Shown here piece after piece: positions 18,024 to 27,617 of a DNA stretch of 64,000 bases. Where the stretch lies: assembly GCA_963706575.1 (NCBI GenBank), contig CAVPNL010000009.1:96001-160000 (forward strand), in the 5' to 3' direction. A program made the position numbers and the translations under genes. Source of the DNA: an uncultured delta proteobacterium. GTDB taxonomy: Bacteria > Desulfobacterota > Desulfobacteria > Desulfobacterales > JAHEIW01. Every line of letters begins with the position of its first letter. The first letter of the stretch is position 1. The notes beneath the pieces were generated by a model. It did no database searches and was not told the DNA's origin. It saw only the letters and a list, made by a program, of their open reading frames with translations.

Positions 18024-19259
18024 TCATTTTGGTCTGTCCGGTTTTAAAATCAGAAAATACAGTTTGCCGGTGTGGGCTAGATGCCCGGCGGCAATTTCGG
18101 CATAGGGGCCGTTGCCCCAGAAAAGATCCGCCCGGCCCGGTCCCCGAATAGCGCCGCCGGTATCCTGGTTGAGCACAAAACGGTTGCAATCCACCCAGCT
18201 GTCGATCTGACTGGTACTGTCGACAATCGGTTTTTTTGTTTGTATGAACGCCATAGCTGCCGGTGGAAAGATCCGTCTGTCCAGCGCAATGGATCGGCCA
18301 GGAGTTAACAAAACATTGATATAACCCAGGGGGCCTTCGGGCTCAATCTTGAAAAAGACATAGCTGGGATTGTGGTTAAAAACGGACGTCATTTCCTCCG
18401 GATGGGCCTCTAAATAGGAACGGATTCTTTGCATGGACATTTCTTCTTTGGGTATTTTTTGCTCTTCGATTAAAAGGCCGCCGATGGCACGGTATGGTCG
18501 TCCGTTGGTCCCGTGATAGTGCACATTGATGACCTCTCCGGTATCCAGAAAAACTTTGCCGGAGCCCTGTATCTGTAAAAAGAACAAGTCCACCGGATCT
18601 TTTAGCCACGCCAGGGCTTCGGCTTTACCCGCAAGGACGTCGAATTCGTCGATTTCCCGACGGTCATAGTATGGGATAACGGTTTCCCCGGTATAACGAC
18701 CTACAATCGTTTCCCCCTTGTATTTGTCACTAAAAGCCGAAAGATCGATTTTTAATATGTCTCTTGGTAGTGCGTAAATTGGAAACCGGTATTCTTCGTC
18801 CTGATGTACACGGCCGCTTAAATGGGGCTCGTAATAGCCGGTAAACAAAACTTCGCCCTTTTGATCTCTGCCGACCGATTGATAAACGATGTAATTGGAA
18901 CGTATGAATTTTTTTAATTCCTTGCTGGAGGGGCTCGTCCGGATAAAATCAAGAAAAAGCTGCAGCGATTTTATCAAATGGGTGGCGTCAAAGCGGTCTG
19001 GGCCAAACTGATAGGTGCGTTCAGCCGGCACCCTTTGAAGATAGTCCAGGCTTTTTAAGATACTGTGTTCCAATCCATCAAGCGCCAGATCATCACTAAA
19101 ATCAGGATAGGAAAAAGTGGAGCGGCGGACCAATGCCCGTTCCTCCGGGGGTTTTTTAATGGGGGCCGGGCATCCCGCGATTAATGCCGTAAGGGCAACT
19201 GTTAATACCAGGGCGCATTTAGGATTCAGAAAAAGGCGGATCTTCATCGGTTTTGCCAT
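18024..19259 (-). CDS. mltA: Membrane-bound lytic murein transglycosylase A (lipoprotein)
   Basis: Lipobox LIAGC; FTGYYEP, FFLQIQGSG, NPSYVFF and QDTGGAIRGPGRADLFWG. Confidence 0.93.
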   Translation of the reverse strand: MAKPMKIRLFLNPKCALVLTVALTALIAGCPAPIKKPPEERALVRRSTFSYPDFSDDLALDGLEHSILKSLDYLQRVPAERTYQFGPDRFDATHLIKSLQLFLDFIRTSPSSKELKKFIRSNYIVYQSVGRDQKGEVLFTGYYEPHLSGRVHQDEEYRFPIYALPRDILKIDLSAFSDKYKGETIVGRYTGETVIPYYDRREIDEFDVLAGKAEALAWLKDPVDLFFLQIQGSGKVFLDTGEVINVHYHGTNGRPYRAIGGLLIEEQKIPKEEMSMQRIRSYLEAHPEEMTSVFNHNPSYVFFKIEPEGPLGYINVLLTPGRSIALDRRIFPPAAMAFIQTKKPIVDSTSQIDSWVDCNRFVLNQDTGGAIRGPGRADLFWGNGPYAEIAAGHLAHTGKLYFLILKPDRPK

Positions 19260-19735
19260 CCTTTGCGAACATACGTGCCGCTCTTGCCGCCGGATTTTTT
19301 CAACAACTGGATTTTTGAGATCGTCATTTCTTTATCGCTGGATTTACACATGTCATAGATGGTCAGCGCTGCAACCGAGACTGCCGTGATGGCTTCCATT
19401 TCAACACCGGTCTGATCGATGGCGCGCACCGCTGCTTCAATGCCAATGCAGCTTGCAGCGGCATCCGGCGAAAAGTCTACCTGGATATGGGTAATATTCA
19501 AGGGGTGGCACATGGGGATGAGTTCCGCGGTTTTCTTGGCGGCCATAATACCGGCAATACGGGCGGTCTCAAGGACATTGCCCTTTTTGACTTTCTGATT
19601 TTCAATCAATTCAAATGTCTCAGAATTCATAGAGATCATGCCACCGGCCACCGCCGTTCGTTCTGTGGCCTTCTTTGCGGTCACATCAACCATCCGGACG
19701 CGGCCCTCGTCATCCATATGTGTAAATGAAGACAT
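19244..19735 (-). CDS. moaC: Cyclic pyranopterin monophosphate synthase
   Basis: MVDVTAK, LIPMCHP, TGVEMEA, TIYDMCK and KSGGKSG. Confidence 0.97.
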   Translation of the reverse strand: MSSFTHMDDEGRVRMVDVTAKKATERTAVAGGMISMNSETFELIENQKVKKGNVLETARIAGIMAAKKTAELIPMCHPLNITHIQVDFSPDAAASCIGIEAAVRAIDQTGVEMEAITAVSVAALTIYDMCKSSDKEMTISKIQLLKKSGGKSGTYVRKGWQNR

Positions 19736-20101
19736 TTATAGCTCCTTAAGATATTCTGTTTTTTTGGTTACCTTGGTTTTAATTGCGTCTAAGGTTTCCC
19801 TTAAAACAGAAATGACATTTTCCCGGATATCACCGGCCACCATTAAATGCATGATATCGTCGCCCACCGCAAGATTCTTGTTTTCGACGATGCTTACCTG
19901 GATATCGACAATACCGGGCTTTTGCGACTGCTCAATTACGAGTTTCTCTAATTTTGCATGATCTACGGTAACCTTAAGTCCTTTGACTTTGCGGCCGTCA
20001 CGGGCGGTAGCCCGGACCACTCCATTGTGACATAAGATCATGCCGACCTTTTCGAAATCCGGGTGTTTTTTGATTTCATCCAACATGCTAGCAATTTTCA
20101 T
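19736..20101 (-). CDS. moaE: Molybdopterin synthase MoaE-family protein (short type)
   Basis: GMILCHNGVVR, LAVGDDI and AGDIRENV; within a moa cluster. Confidence 0.8.
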   Translation of the reverse strand: MKIASMLDEIKKHPDFEKVGMILCHNGVVRATARDGRKVKGLKVTVDHAKLEKLVIEQSQKPGIVDIQVSIVENKNLAVGDDIMHLMVAGDIRENVISVLRETLDAIKTKVTKKTEYLKEL

Positions 20102-20112
20102 CAGGCCACCTT

Positions 20113-20718
20113 CTAAACCATTTCCTCCGCTCGCTTTAAATCCTCCGGTGTGTTGATGTTAAAAAAGGACCGCAGGTCAGGATCTATTTCGCATAAAACT
20201 TTCTCGGAGATGGTTTTGATGCGGCTTTTGCGAAAGGTTTTGGTAATTTTTAGTTTCTTTTGCTCCAAATGGTTTTGCGCCGCTTCAAGACAGCGTTTGG
20301 AGTAGGCCGCACATAGGGGCTCAAATCCGGCTGAAGTTTCGGGCATCACAATATCGATTTGAGCTTCAATCTTTCCGATGACGGTCTCAACCATTTCCTT
20401 TTTCAAAAAGGGTGTATCGCAAGCCGAAATAAAGGCATACGGGTTTGTCATGTAGAAGAGGCCGGCATGAATTCCGGTCAGAGAACTTCGAATCGGGAAA
20501 AGGTCCGATACAATCAGCAAATCCCATTCCAAAAATTTTTCAGGGAAGTTGGTGACCAGAATGATTTCATCAAAAAGCTCGCGGTAGATCTCATAAATCC
20601 GATCCAGAATCCGGATCCCGCCCACCCGCAGGAGGGCTTTCTCGGTGCCATCATAGCGGGCGGCCAACCCGCCGGACAATATTACCCCACTACATGGAAG
20701 TTTACTCTTTGACATCAT
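20113..20718 (-). CDS. mobA: Molybdenum cofactor guanylyltransferase
   Basis: GVILSGG...EKALL, ACDTPFL, EPLCAAY and FFNINTPEDL. Confidence 0.92.
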   Translation of the reverse strand: MMSKSKLPCSGVILSGGLAARYDGTEKALLRVGGIRILDRIYEIYRELFDEIILVTNFPEKFLEWDLLIVSDLFPIRSSLTGIHAGLFYMTNPYAFISACDTPFLKKEMVETVIGKIEAQIDIVMPETSAGFEPLCAAYSKRCLEAAQNHLEQKKLKITKTFRKSRIKTISEKVLCEIDPDLRSFFNINTPEDLKRAEEMV

Positions 20719-20935
20719 GATGTTTAATTATTTCAATGTCTATATTGAAAGCGCTAACATTTCAGCTTAAGAAAAAAGAGGGGCAAAATCAAGGTATAAT
20801 CAAGGGGATTGAATATCGGTTTTCATATTCAATAATATATTTCTTGATCCAAAAATATTTTATGGTGTAGTTAAAGGAAAAAACGGTTTCATTTATTTGA
20901 GAGATCCAGGACTCCAACACTCCAGTCAGATAGCC

Positions 20936-21439
20936 ATGGGCGTACACGAGCATAAAAAACAGGCACCCAGATTCATTACTCTGGGCATCATTTCGGTCTC
21001 CACCACCCGGGCTTTGATCGATGATATCAGTGGTCAATGGATCCGGGAACAGGCTGAAAAAGAAGGGCACAAGATCGTTTTTCATGAAGTGATTCCCGAC
21101 GACGCTGCAAAAATAGCCGCTACACTGAAAGATGGGATTAAAGCATCAAACCCCCAGGTGATTTTGATGAGCGGCGGCACCGGGATTACGAAAAAAGATG
21201 TGACCATTGAAGCCGTCAGCCCGCTTTTTAACAAAGAGCTGAGTGCATTTGGTCCTCTGTTTGCCAAACTCAGCATGGAAGAAATTAATTCCGCCGCCAT
21301 CATGTCCCGCGCCACTGCCGGTGTTATCGGCAATACAGTTGTGTTTTGCATGCCGGGCAGCCTCAACGCTTGCAAACTGGCCTGTTCCAAACTCATTTTT
21401 CCTGAACTGGGCCATCTTGTAAAACATGTTCGCGAGTAA
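20936..21439 (+). CDS. moaB: Molybdenum cofactor biosynthesis protein MoaB/Mog family
   Basis: DDISG, SGGTGITKKDVTIEA, SRATAG and MPGS. Confidence 0.88.
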   Translation: MGVHEHKKQAPRFITLGIISVSTTRALIDDISGQWIREQAEKEGHKIVFHEVIPDDAAKIAATLKDGIKASNPQVILMSGGTGITKKDVTIEAVSPLFNKELSAFGPLFAKLSMEEINSAAIMSRATAGVIGNTVVFCMPGSLNACKLACSKLIFPELGHLVKHVRE

Positions 21440-21461
21440 AATAAATCTCAAGGAGACAGCC

Positions 21462-22442
21462 GTGTCGGACCCTTACCAAAAAAAATCAGCAGTCACAGGC
21501 GAGGCTTATGATCCAAAGATGGCGCCGCGCTACACGGAAATCCCCACCTTTATGCGGACGCCGCACGCAAGACGGCTTAATGATCTGGACATCGCAATTG
21601 TCGGCGTGCCCTTCGACAGCGGGGTGACCAATCGCCCCGGTGCGCGACACGGTCCGCGGGAAATACGGAATATGTCCAGCCTGACACGTACCATCCATCA
21701 CGTTAGCCGTCTTAATCCTTATGAGCTATGCCGCATCGGTGATGTCGGCGATGTGCGTTTTACAAACGTTTTTCACCTGGATGAAGCCATTCAAAACATC
21801 GAGGATTTTTATCGCAAGCTCCATGCCGCGGGCGTCATTCCGTTGAGTGCCGGCGGTGACCATTCGATCACCTATCCGATCTTTAAGGCCATCGCAGCGC
21901 AGCGCCCGATCGGTTTGATTCATATCGATGCCCATACCGATACCTGGGATGAGTTTCTGGGCTCCGGCGTCCACCATGGCGCGCCTTTTCGCCGGGCTGT
22001 TGAGGACGGGTTGCTGGATCCCAAACGAACCGTACAGATTGGTATTCGGGGGGCACAGACGACCACTGAAGGCTGGGACTATTCGGTCGAAAAGGGGATG
22101 CGCATCATTTTCATCGAAGAGTTTATCACGGCGGGGGTCGAGGCGGTTATCGCCGAAGCGCGCCGTATTGTCGGTGAGGGTCCAGCTTATATTTCCTTTG
22201 ATGTTGATAGCCTTGACCCGGTCTATGCTCCCGGCACCGGCACCCCCGAGATCGGCGGCCTGACCACGCGTGAGGCCCAGGCGCTGCTGCGGGGTTTACG
22301 CGGTCTTAATTTAGTCGGCGGTGATGTTGTTGAGGTGTCACCACCTTTTGACTCCAGCGGCAATACCGCCCTGGTTGGCGCAACGATGATGTACGAAATC
22401 CTTTGCCTATTGGCCGAAGCGGCTGCATCCCGCAAGGAATAA
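21462..22442 (+). CDS. speB: Agmatinase / ureohydrolase
   Basis: GGDHSIT, HIDAHTD, SFDVDSLDP and APGTGTPE; GTG start after AGGAG. Confidence 0.9.
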   Translation: MSDPYQKKSAVTGEAYDPKMAPRYTEIPTFMRTPHARRLNDLDIAIVGVPFDSGVTNRPGARHGPREIRNMSSLTRTIHHVSRLNPYELCRIGDVGDVRFTNVFHLDEAIQNIEDFYRKLHAAGVIPLSAGGDHSITYPIFKAIAAQRPIGLIHIDAHTDTWDEFLGSGVHHGAPFRRAVEDGLLDPKRTVQIGIRGAQTTTEGWDYSVEKGMRIIFIEEFITAGVEAVIAEARRIVGEGPAYISFDVDSLDPVYAPGTGTPEIGGLTTREAQALLRGLRGLNLVGGDVVEVSPPFDSSGNTALVGATMMYEILCLLAEAAASRKE

Positions 22443-22516
22443 TTATAAGCTATCTCAAAATTAGCAGTTCATCTTGGAAGACAGAGAAAAAAGTTCCAGA
22501 GGTGCTGGAAAGTTAG

Positions 22517-22676
22517 AAGTGCCTAAAGTGACTAAAATGAGCTAAAATGCCTAAAGTTAAGGAATTCTGTCGTATTTATAATAAAAGAAGGAGCGCCACG
22601 CCGCGCAAGCGCTGGCGCTGCGTGAGCGAGACCATAATTTTAGGCATTTGAGATCATTTTTAATTTTAGCTCATTT
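22517..22676. repeat. About 160-bp dispersed element (AAAGTGxCT arms plus a conserved core); second copy at 41803-41931
   Basis: Shared core ctaaagttRaggaattctgtc...ggagcgccac....gcaagcgc...cgctgcgYgagcga.acc...aattttaggca. Confidence 0.8.
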
Positions 22677-24239
22677 CTTCTTTTGCAGGAAAGGGTCCCG
22701 CAGGCCTTTTTTGTAGATTTTTCCCGATCCGGTTTTGGGCAACTCATCTAAAAAAACAATGGTTTTGGGGGCTTTGTAAGAAGCCTGCTGTTCTTTGCAA
22801 AAGGCGATGATTTCATCTTCGGTGGCGGTTTCGCCGGTTTTGAGCACCACGGCGGCATTGACCGCCTCTCCCCAGTTTTCATCCGGCACGCCGAAGACGG
22901 CGGCCTCTAAAATCGCGGGGTGCATATAGAGCACATTTTCAACTTCGGTGGAGTAAACATTTTCGCCGCCGCTAACAATCATGTCCTTTTTACGATCCAC
23001 GATGTTGACATAGCCTTCCGAATCCAGGGTAGCCAGGTCCCCGGTGTGCAGCCATCCGTCTGAAAACGCATTTGCCGTTTCTTCGGGCCGATTCCAGTAT
23101 CCGGGGGTCACGGTATCTCCCCGCACCCAGATTTCACCCACCTGTTGCTCATCTGCAGCAATCGGCATCCCGGTTTCGTCCACAACTTTAAGATCCACGC
23201 CGATAGCCGGCCGGCCGGTTTTGGATTTGATTTTCAGTTGGTCATCGGGCGGCAGCGCTTTCAAATGCTCTTTTAAGATACTGAAGGTCAAATACGGGCT
23301 GGTTTCGGTCATGCCGTAAGTCTGGATATAATCGCAGCCGAGCGTCTCCATGATGCTTCTTACCAGCTCGGGCGCAATGGGGGCACCCCCGCTGAGAATT
23401 TCCCGCAGGCTCGAAAAATCATATTCTCTTACCCGGGGATGTTTGATCATCAGATTGAGCATGGTGGGAATTAAATTACTCAGTGTTATCTTTTGCTTTT
23501 CGATAGTTGCCATAACGGCTTCGGCCTCAAATTGACCGACCATCACGTGACGGCCGCCAACCCAGGTAATGGCAAATGTCGCCCAGGCATCCGCCAAATG
23601 GAACATGGGCGCAACATGGGCCCAAACATCGGTATCCATCAGCTTTAACTCGGCGATGGTTCCCAATGCGTGGCTGCATACATTTTTATGGGTGAGCATT
23701 ACCCCTTTGGGCCGTCCGGTCGTGCCGCTGGTGTAATATAGATGGGCGATCCGGTTTTCATCAACAGGTGCAGGCTCGAAATCCCCGGCATCGGCGCAAA
23801 CGGCGTCTTCATAATTGTGGCATCGAATCGGCATGGATTCATCCGCCCCCTCACCAATCCAGAGAATCCCTTCGAGGGGAACACCCTCCTTGATTGCGCC
23901 CTTGACCACATCTGCAAATTGCGTTGCGGCAATTAACCAGCGGGAGCCGGCATCGTTTAAAATGTAAGCGACTTCTTTGGCTGCCAGGCGGTAATTGAGC
24001 GGATTGAGAATGGCACCAATGCCGGCAGCTGCGTAGTAGGTCTCCAGAAATGCATGCGAGTTGACTTCCAGAATGGAGATGCGGTCCTCTTGCTGAATTC
24101 CCCGGTTTTGAAAAAATCGGGCCTGCCCGGTCACACGCTCCCAGACCTGCTGATAGGTGTAGGATCGGTCACTGTCGATAACCGCAATTTTTTCAGGATA
24201 CAAATCCAATGCTTTGCCAAGCGTCATCCAGATGTTCAC
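22671..24239 (-). CDS. Long-chain fatty acid--CoA ligase / acyl-CoA synthetase
   Basis: YTSGTTGRPKG, YGMTETSP, WLHTGD, DRKKDMIVSGGENVY and LPKTGSGK; GTG start at 24239. Confidence 0.92.
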   Translation of the reverse strand: MNIWMTLGKALDLYPEKIAVIDSDRSYTYQQVWERVTGQARFFQNRGIQQEDRISILEVNSHAFLETYYAAAGIGAILNPLNYRLAAKEVAYILNDAGSRWLIAATQFADVVKGAIKEGVPLEGILWIGEGADESMPIRCHNYEDAVCADAGDFEPAPVDENRIAHLYYTSGTTGRPKGVMLTHKNVCSHALGTIAELKLMDTDVWAHVAPMFHLADAWATFAITWVGGRHVMVGQFEAEAVMATIEKQKITLSNLIPTMLNLMIKHPRVREYDFSSLREILSGGAPIAPELVRSIMETLGCDYIQTYGMTETSPYLTFSILKEHLKALPPDDQLKIKSKTGRPAIGVDLKVVDETGMPIAADEQQVGEIWVRGDTVTPGYWNRPEETANAFSDGWLHTGDLATLDSEGYVNIVDRKKDMIVSGGENVYSTEVENVLYMHPAILEAAVFGVPDENWGEAVNAAVVLKTGETATEDEIIAFCKEQQASYKAPKTIVFLDELPKTGSGKIYKKGLRDPFLQKKK

Positions 24240-24364
24240 AGCATTTTCCTTATTTATAGTCGATTTAAATTTAGATCCCCATAATACCACTACCTTTTTA
24301 AATGCCAAGTCCAAAATTATTGCGATTTGACAAAAGATATGGTTGAAATGAATCTAAGGTTCTC

Positions 24365-24460
24365 GGGTTTAGCCTAGTTGACCCGTTAGCCGGTTAAATA
24401 AAATCAGACTTGTTCCTTTGTTAAACGGGCCTAACGGGCTAAACTGGCAACCGGCGAACC
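24365..24460. repeat. Degenerate inverted-arm array (CCCGTT / AACGGG units)
   Basis: gggtttagcctagttgacccgttagccggtt ... aaacgggcctaacgggctaaactggcaaccggcgaacc. Confidence 0.6.
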
Positions 24461-24535
24461 TGATGAAGTGATTACTTTTTTTGCAGATAGCTTCCAACTG
24501 ATTAAAACCTTACTATTTTATGACAGGTATCTTAC

Positions 24536-27505
24536 ATGGCTTTAGAAATTGAAAGTTTTAGCGAAGATTTTGACCCGCGGTTTAAAATTTTCCATGAACT
24601 GATGGCCCGCAAGGTCAGGGATGTTCTGCTGGTCTCGACACCTTACGATGCCTGGATTCTGGAAGAAGATTGCCGTCTTTCAGAGCGCATCATTAATGAA
24701 TACCGCGGCTTGAATTTAAGCAATCCGCCCCGGTTTACCTGGGTTTCCAGTGCCCAGGACGCGCTGGCGATGCTGGACGAAAAGAAATTTGACATGGTGA
24801 TTACCATGAGCCAGCTGGCGGATATGGATGTCTTTACCCTGGGTGAGGAAATCAAAAAAAAGGTTTCCGATCTGCCGGTTGTTTTGCTGGCCCATGATTC
24901 TTTGCCGCCGCCGGCCTTGGAATGCCTGATGGATTTTAGCCGCCCTCCCGGAATTGATCGGTCCTTTGTCTGGTCCGGCAATACCGATATCCTGGTGGCC
25001 CTGGTCAAAAGCGCTGAAGATCGGCTAAACGTAGAACACGACACCGAATTTGCCGGTATACGGGTGATCCTTTTTGTGGAGGATTCTCCAACTTACATTT
25101 CCTCATTGCTGCCGGTGCTTTACAAAGAACTGGTGAGCCAGACCCAGGCGATTATGGAATACCGGCACCACGAAGAACATAAGTTGCTCACCATGCGGGC
25201 GCGGCCTAAAATTCTGATTGCTGAAAACTTCGAGGAAGCCGTTCGGCTTTTTGAAAAATTCGAGCCCTATGTTTTAGGCGTCATATCCGATGTTCGCATC
25301 CCGCGAAACTGCGTGCTGGATGAAAATGGCGGCGTCGCATTTCTATCAAAGATTAAAAAAGAACGTTTCGATATTCCGCTTTTGCTCACCAGCTCTGAAT
25401 CAATCAATGCAGATAAGGCCAAAAATATTCCGGCCGCTTTTGTTGATAAAAACTCACCCAGCCTGCATGCGGAAGTCCGCTCGTTTTTCATGGAGCAGCT
25501 GGGATTTGGAGATTTTGTCTTCCGCAAACCCGATGGCCGGGAAATCGACCGCGCACCCAGCCTGCGTAGATTCGAAGAAATCCTGCACCGGGTTCCTGAA
25601 GATTCCTTTCTTCACCATAGCAGTCGCAATGATTTTTCAAGATGGCTCTTTGCGCGTACCGAAATCGTGCTGGCATCCAAAATGCGCCCCTTACGGGATG
25701 GTGACTTCACCACGGTGGAAAGCCACCGGCAGTATCTGATTTCCATGATCCAAACATGGCGCAAGCGGCAGCAAAAAGGTGTGGTGGCCGACTTTCATCC
25801 CGGAGACTTTGATCCGGACGCGGAATTTTTTAAAATCGGCAAAGGTTCTATGGGCGGAAAGGCCAGGGGACTGGCATTTGTCGGCAATTTGCTTCAACGC
25901 CTGCCGGTCATCCATAAAAAATTTGAGGATGTGAACATTTTTGTTCCCCAGACCCTGGTGGTGACCACCGAAGGCTTTGATGACTTTATCGAGGAAAATG
26001 ATCTCAAGGAACTGGCAAAATCAGATGCATCGGATGCGGAAATTGCCGAGGTCTTCCATGGCGCCAATTTTCCGCAATGGATTGCCGATGAGCTCAAAGC
26101 CTATCTCGAACGAATCAACTATCCGTTGGCTGTTCGATCCTCAAGCCTGCTGGAAGATGCCCAATTTCGTGCTTATGCGGGACTTTATCGAACCTATATG
26201 CTTCCCAATGATCACCCGGACCTCGAAATACGGCTGGAACAATTGATCAATGCCATCAAACTGGTTTATGCGTCAACTTACTTCCGGGACCCCAAGGCAT
26301 TTTCAAAGCGGGTGGGCCATCGCACCGAAGAAGAGAAGATGGGCGTCATCATCCAGCAACTGGTGGGCGAAAGATTCGGCAATTATTTTTACCCGACCAT
26401 ATCCGGTGTTGCCCAGTCTCATAATTACTACCCTTTTGCTAAAATGAAACCGGAAGAAGGCATCGCCACGGTGGCGCTGGGTCTGGGCAAAACGGTTATG
26501 GAGGGTGAAAAAGCCCTGCGGTTTTCTCCCAGATATCCGCAATTACTTCCGCAGCGTTCTACGGTAGAAGATATCCTGGAAAACTCTCAACAGCTTTTTT
26601 ATGCCCTGAATATGGGTAAAGACTCTCCGGAGGTCGGTATCCTCGAGGATGCCAACCTCGCAAAAAGAGATGTGAGCGATGCCGATGAAGAAGCCCCGGT
26701 GAAGCTTTTAGCCAGCACCTATATCCCTGAAGAACATCGGATCAGAGATTCTGCCCATATGCCCGGCTATCGGGTTCTGACCTTTGCCCAGGTTTTGAAG
26801 TATGGGCGGTTTCCCCTGGCTGAAGTTCTTTGCGAAGTTTTGGATCTGGGCCAGGAGGGCATGGGCTGCCCGGTGGAGCTCGAATTTTCGATCAACATGC
26901 CCCGGAACCCGGATCAAAAGTCGGAATTTGCCTTTTTGCAGCTCAGGCCGATGACGGCCCGTGCGGAACTGCTTCAGGTGAAAATAAGCGATGACGAAAT
27001 TGCCAGATCTTTTTGCGTTTCTTCCCGTGCGCTGGGCAATGCTGAAAAGAATGATATGGCCGACATCCTCTTTGTAAAACCCGATGCGTTTGATCCCGCC
27101 AAAACCCCGCAAATCGCCCGGGAGATTGGTGAGTTGAACGCGGGCCTGTTAAATAAATCCCGTAAATACCTGCTGGTCGGTCCTGGCAGATGGGGTTCGG
27201 CCGACCGCTGGCTGGGAATCCCGGTAAGCTGGGCCGAGATTTGCGGCGTAGGAGCGATGGTTGAAACGTCTTCAGCGGAGCTGAGGGCCGACCCATCCCA
27301 GGGCTCGCACTTCTTTCATAATATCACCACTCTGGGGATAACCTATGCAACCGTTTTGGATGAAGACTCTGATTTTGTTGATTGGAACTGGCTGACCTCC
27401 CAACCGCTGGCCAATGAAACCGCGCATATCGGCCATATTCAGCTTGATAAACCGTTCATATTGAAAGTGGACGGGAGATCGTCGAAATGTGTGATGTACC
27501 TCTAA
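24536..27505 (+). CDS. Receiver-domain / PEP-synthase (PPDK) nucleotide-binding domain fusion protein
   Basis: Two receiver-like domains at the N-terminus; GGKARGL, LAVRSSSLLED..FRAYAGLY, ALGLGKTVMEG, PVELEF and FLQLRPM; C-terminal SQGSHFF. Confidence 0.85.
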   Translation: MALEIESFSEDFDPRFKIFHELMARKVRDVLLVSTPYDAWILEEDCRLSERIINEYRGLNLSNPPRFTWVSSAQDALAMLDEKKFDMVITMSQLADMDVFTLGEEIKKKVSDLPVVLLAHDSLPPPALECLMDFSRPPGIDRSFVWSGNTDILVALVKSAEDRLNVEHDTEFAGIRVILFVEDSPTYISSLLPVLYKELVSQTQAIMEYRHHEEHKLLTMRARPKILIAENFEEAVRLFEKFEPYVLGVISDVRIPRNCVLDENGGVAFLSKIKKERFDIPLLLTSSESINADKAKNIPAAFVDKNSPSLHAEVRSFFMEQLGFGDFVFRKPDGREIDRAPSLRRFEEILHRVPEDSFLHHSSRNDFSRWLFARTEIVLASKMRPLRDGDFTTVESHRQYLISMIQTWRKRQQKGVVADFHPGDFDPDAEFFKIGKGSMGGKARGLAFVGNLLQRLPVIHKKFEDVNIFVPQTLVVTTEGFDDFIEENDLKELAKSDASDAEIAEVFHGANFPQWIADELKAYLERINYPLAVRSSSLLEDAQFRAYAGLYRTYMLPNDHPDLEIRLEQLINAIKLVYASTYFRDPKAFSKRVGHRTEEEKMGVIIQQLVGERFGNYFYPTISGVAQSHNYYPFAKMKPEEGIATVALGLGKTVMEGEKALRFSPRYPQLLPQRSTVEDILENSQQLFYALNMGKDSPEVGILEDANLAKRDVSDADEEAPVKLLASTYIPEEHRIRDSAHMPGYRVLTFAQVLKYGRFPLAEVLCEVLDLGQEGMGCPVELEFSINMPRNPDQKSEFAFLQLRPMTARAELLQVKISDDEIARSFCVSSRALGNAEKNDMADILFVKPDAFDPAKTPQIAREIGELNAGLLNKSRKYLLVGPGRWGSADRWLGIPVSWAEICGVGAMVETSSAELRADPSQGSHFFHNITTLGITYATVLDEDSDFVDWNWLTSQPLANETAHIGHIQLDKPFILKVDGRSSKCVMYL

Positions 27506-27513
27506 GCGGCCTG

Positions 27514-27553
27514 GCTAAATCGTTAAATAGTCGATTCGTCAAGTCGTTAAACA
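27514..27553. repeat. Octamer array (GTTAAATA type); an 18-nt stretch is identical to 61807-61824
   Basis: gctaaatc gttaaata gtcgattc gtcaagtc gttaaaca. Confidence 0.7.
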
Positions 27554-27617
27554 CCTATTTCTACCAGGATTCTTACCCAAAATCGAATTATCTTAAACTG
27601 GTCTGGTTGTTAAAAAA

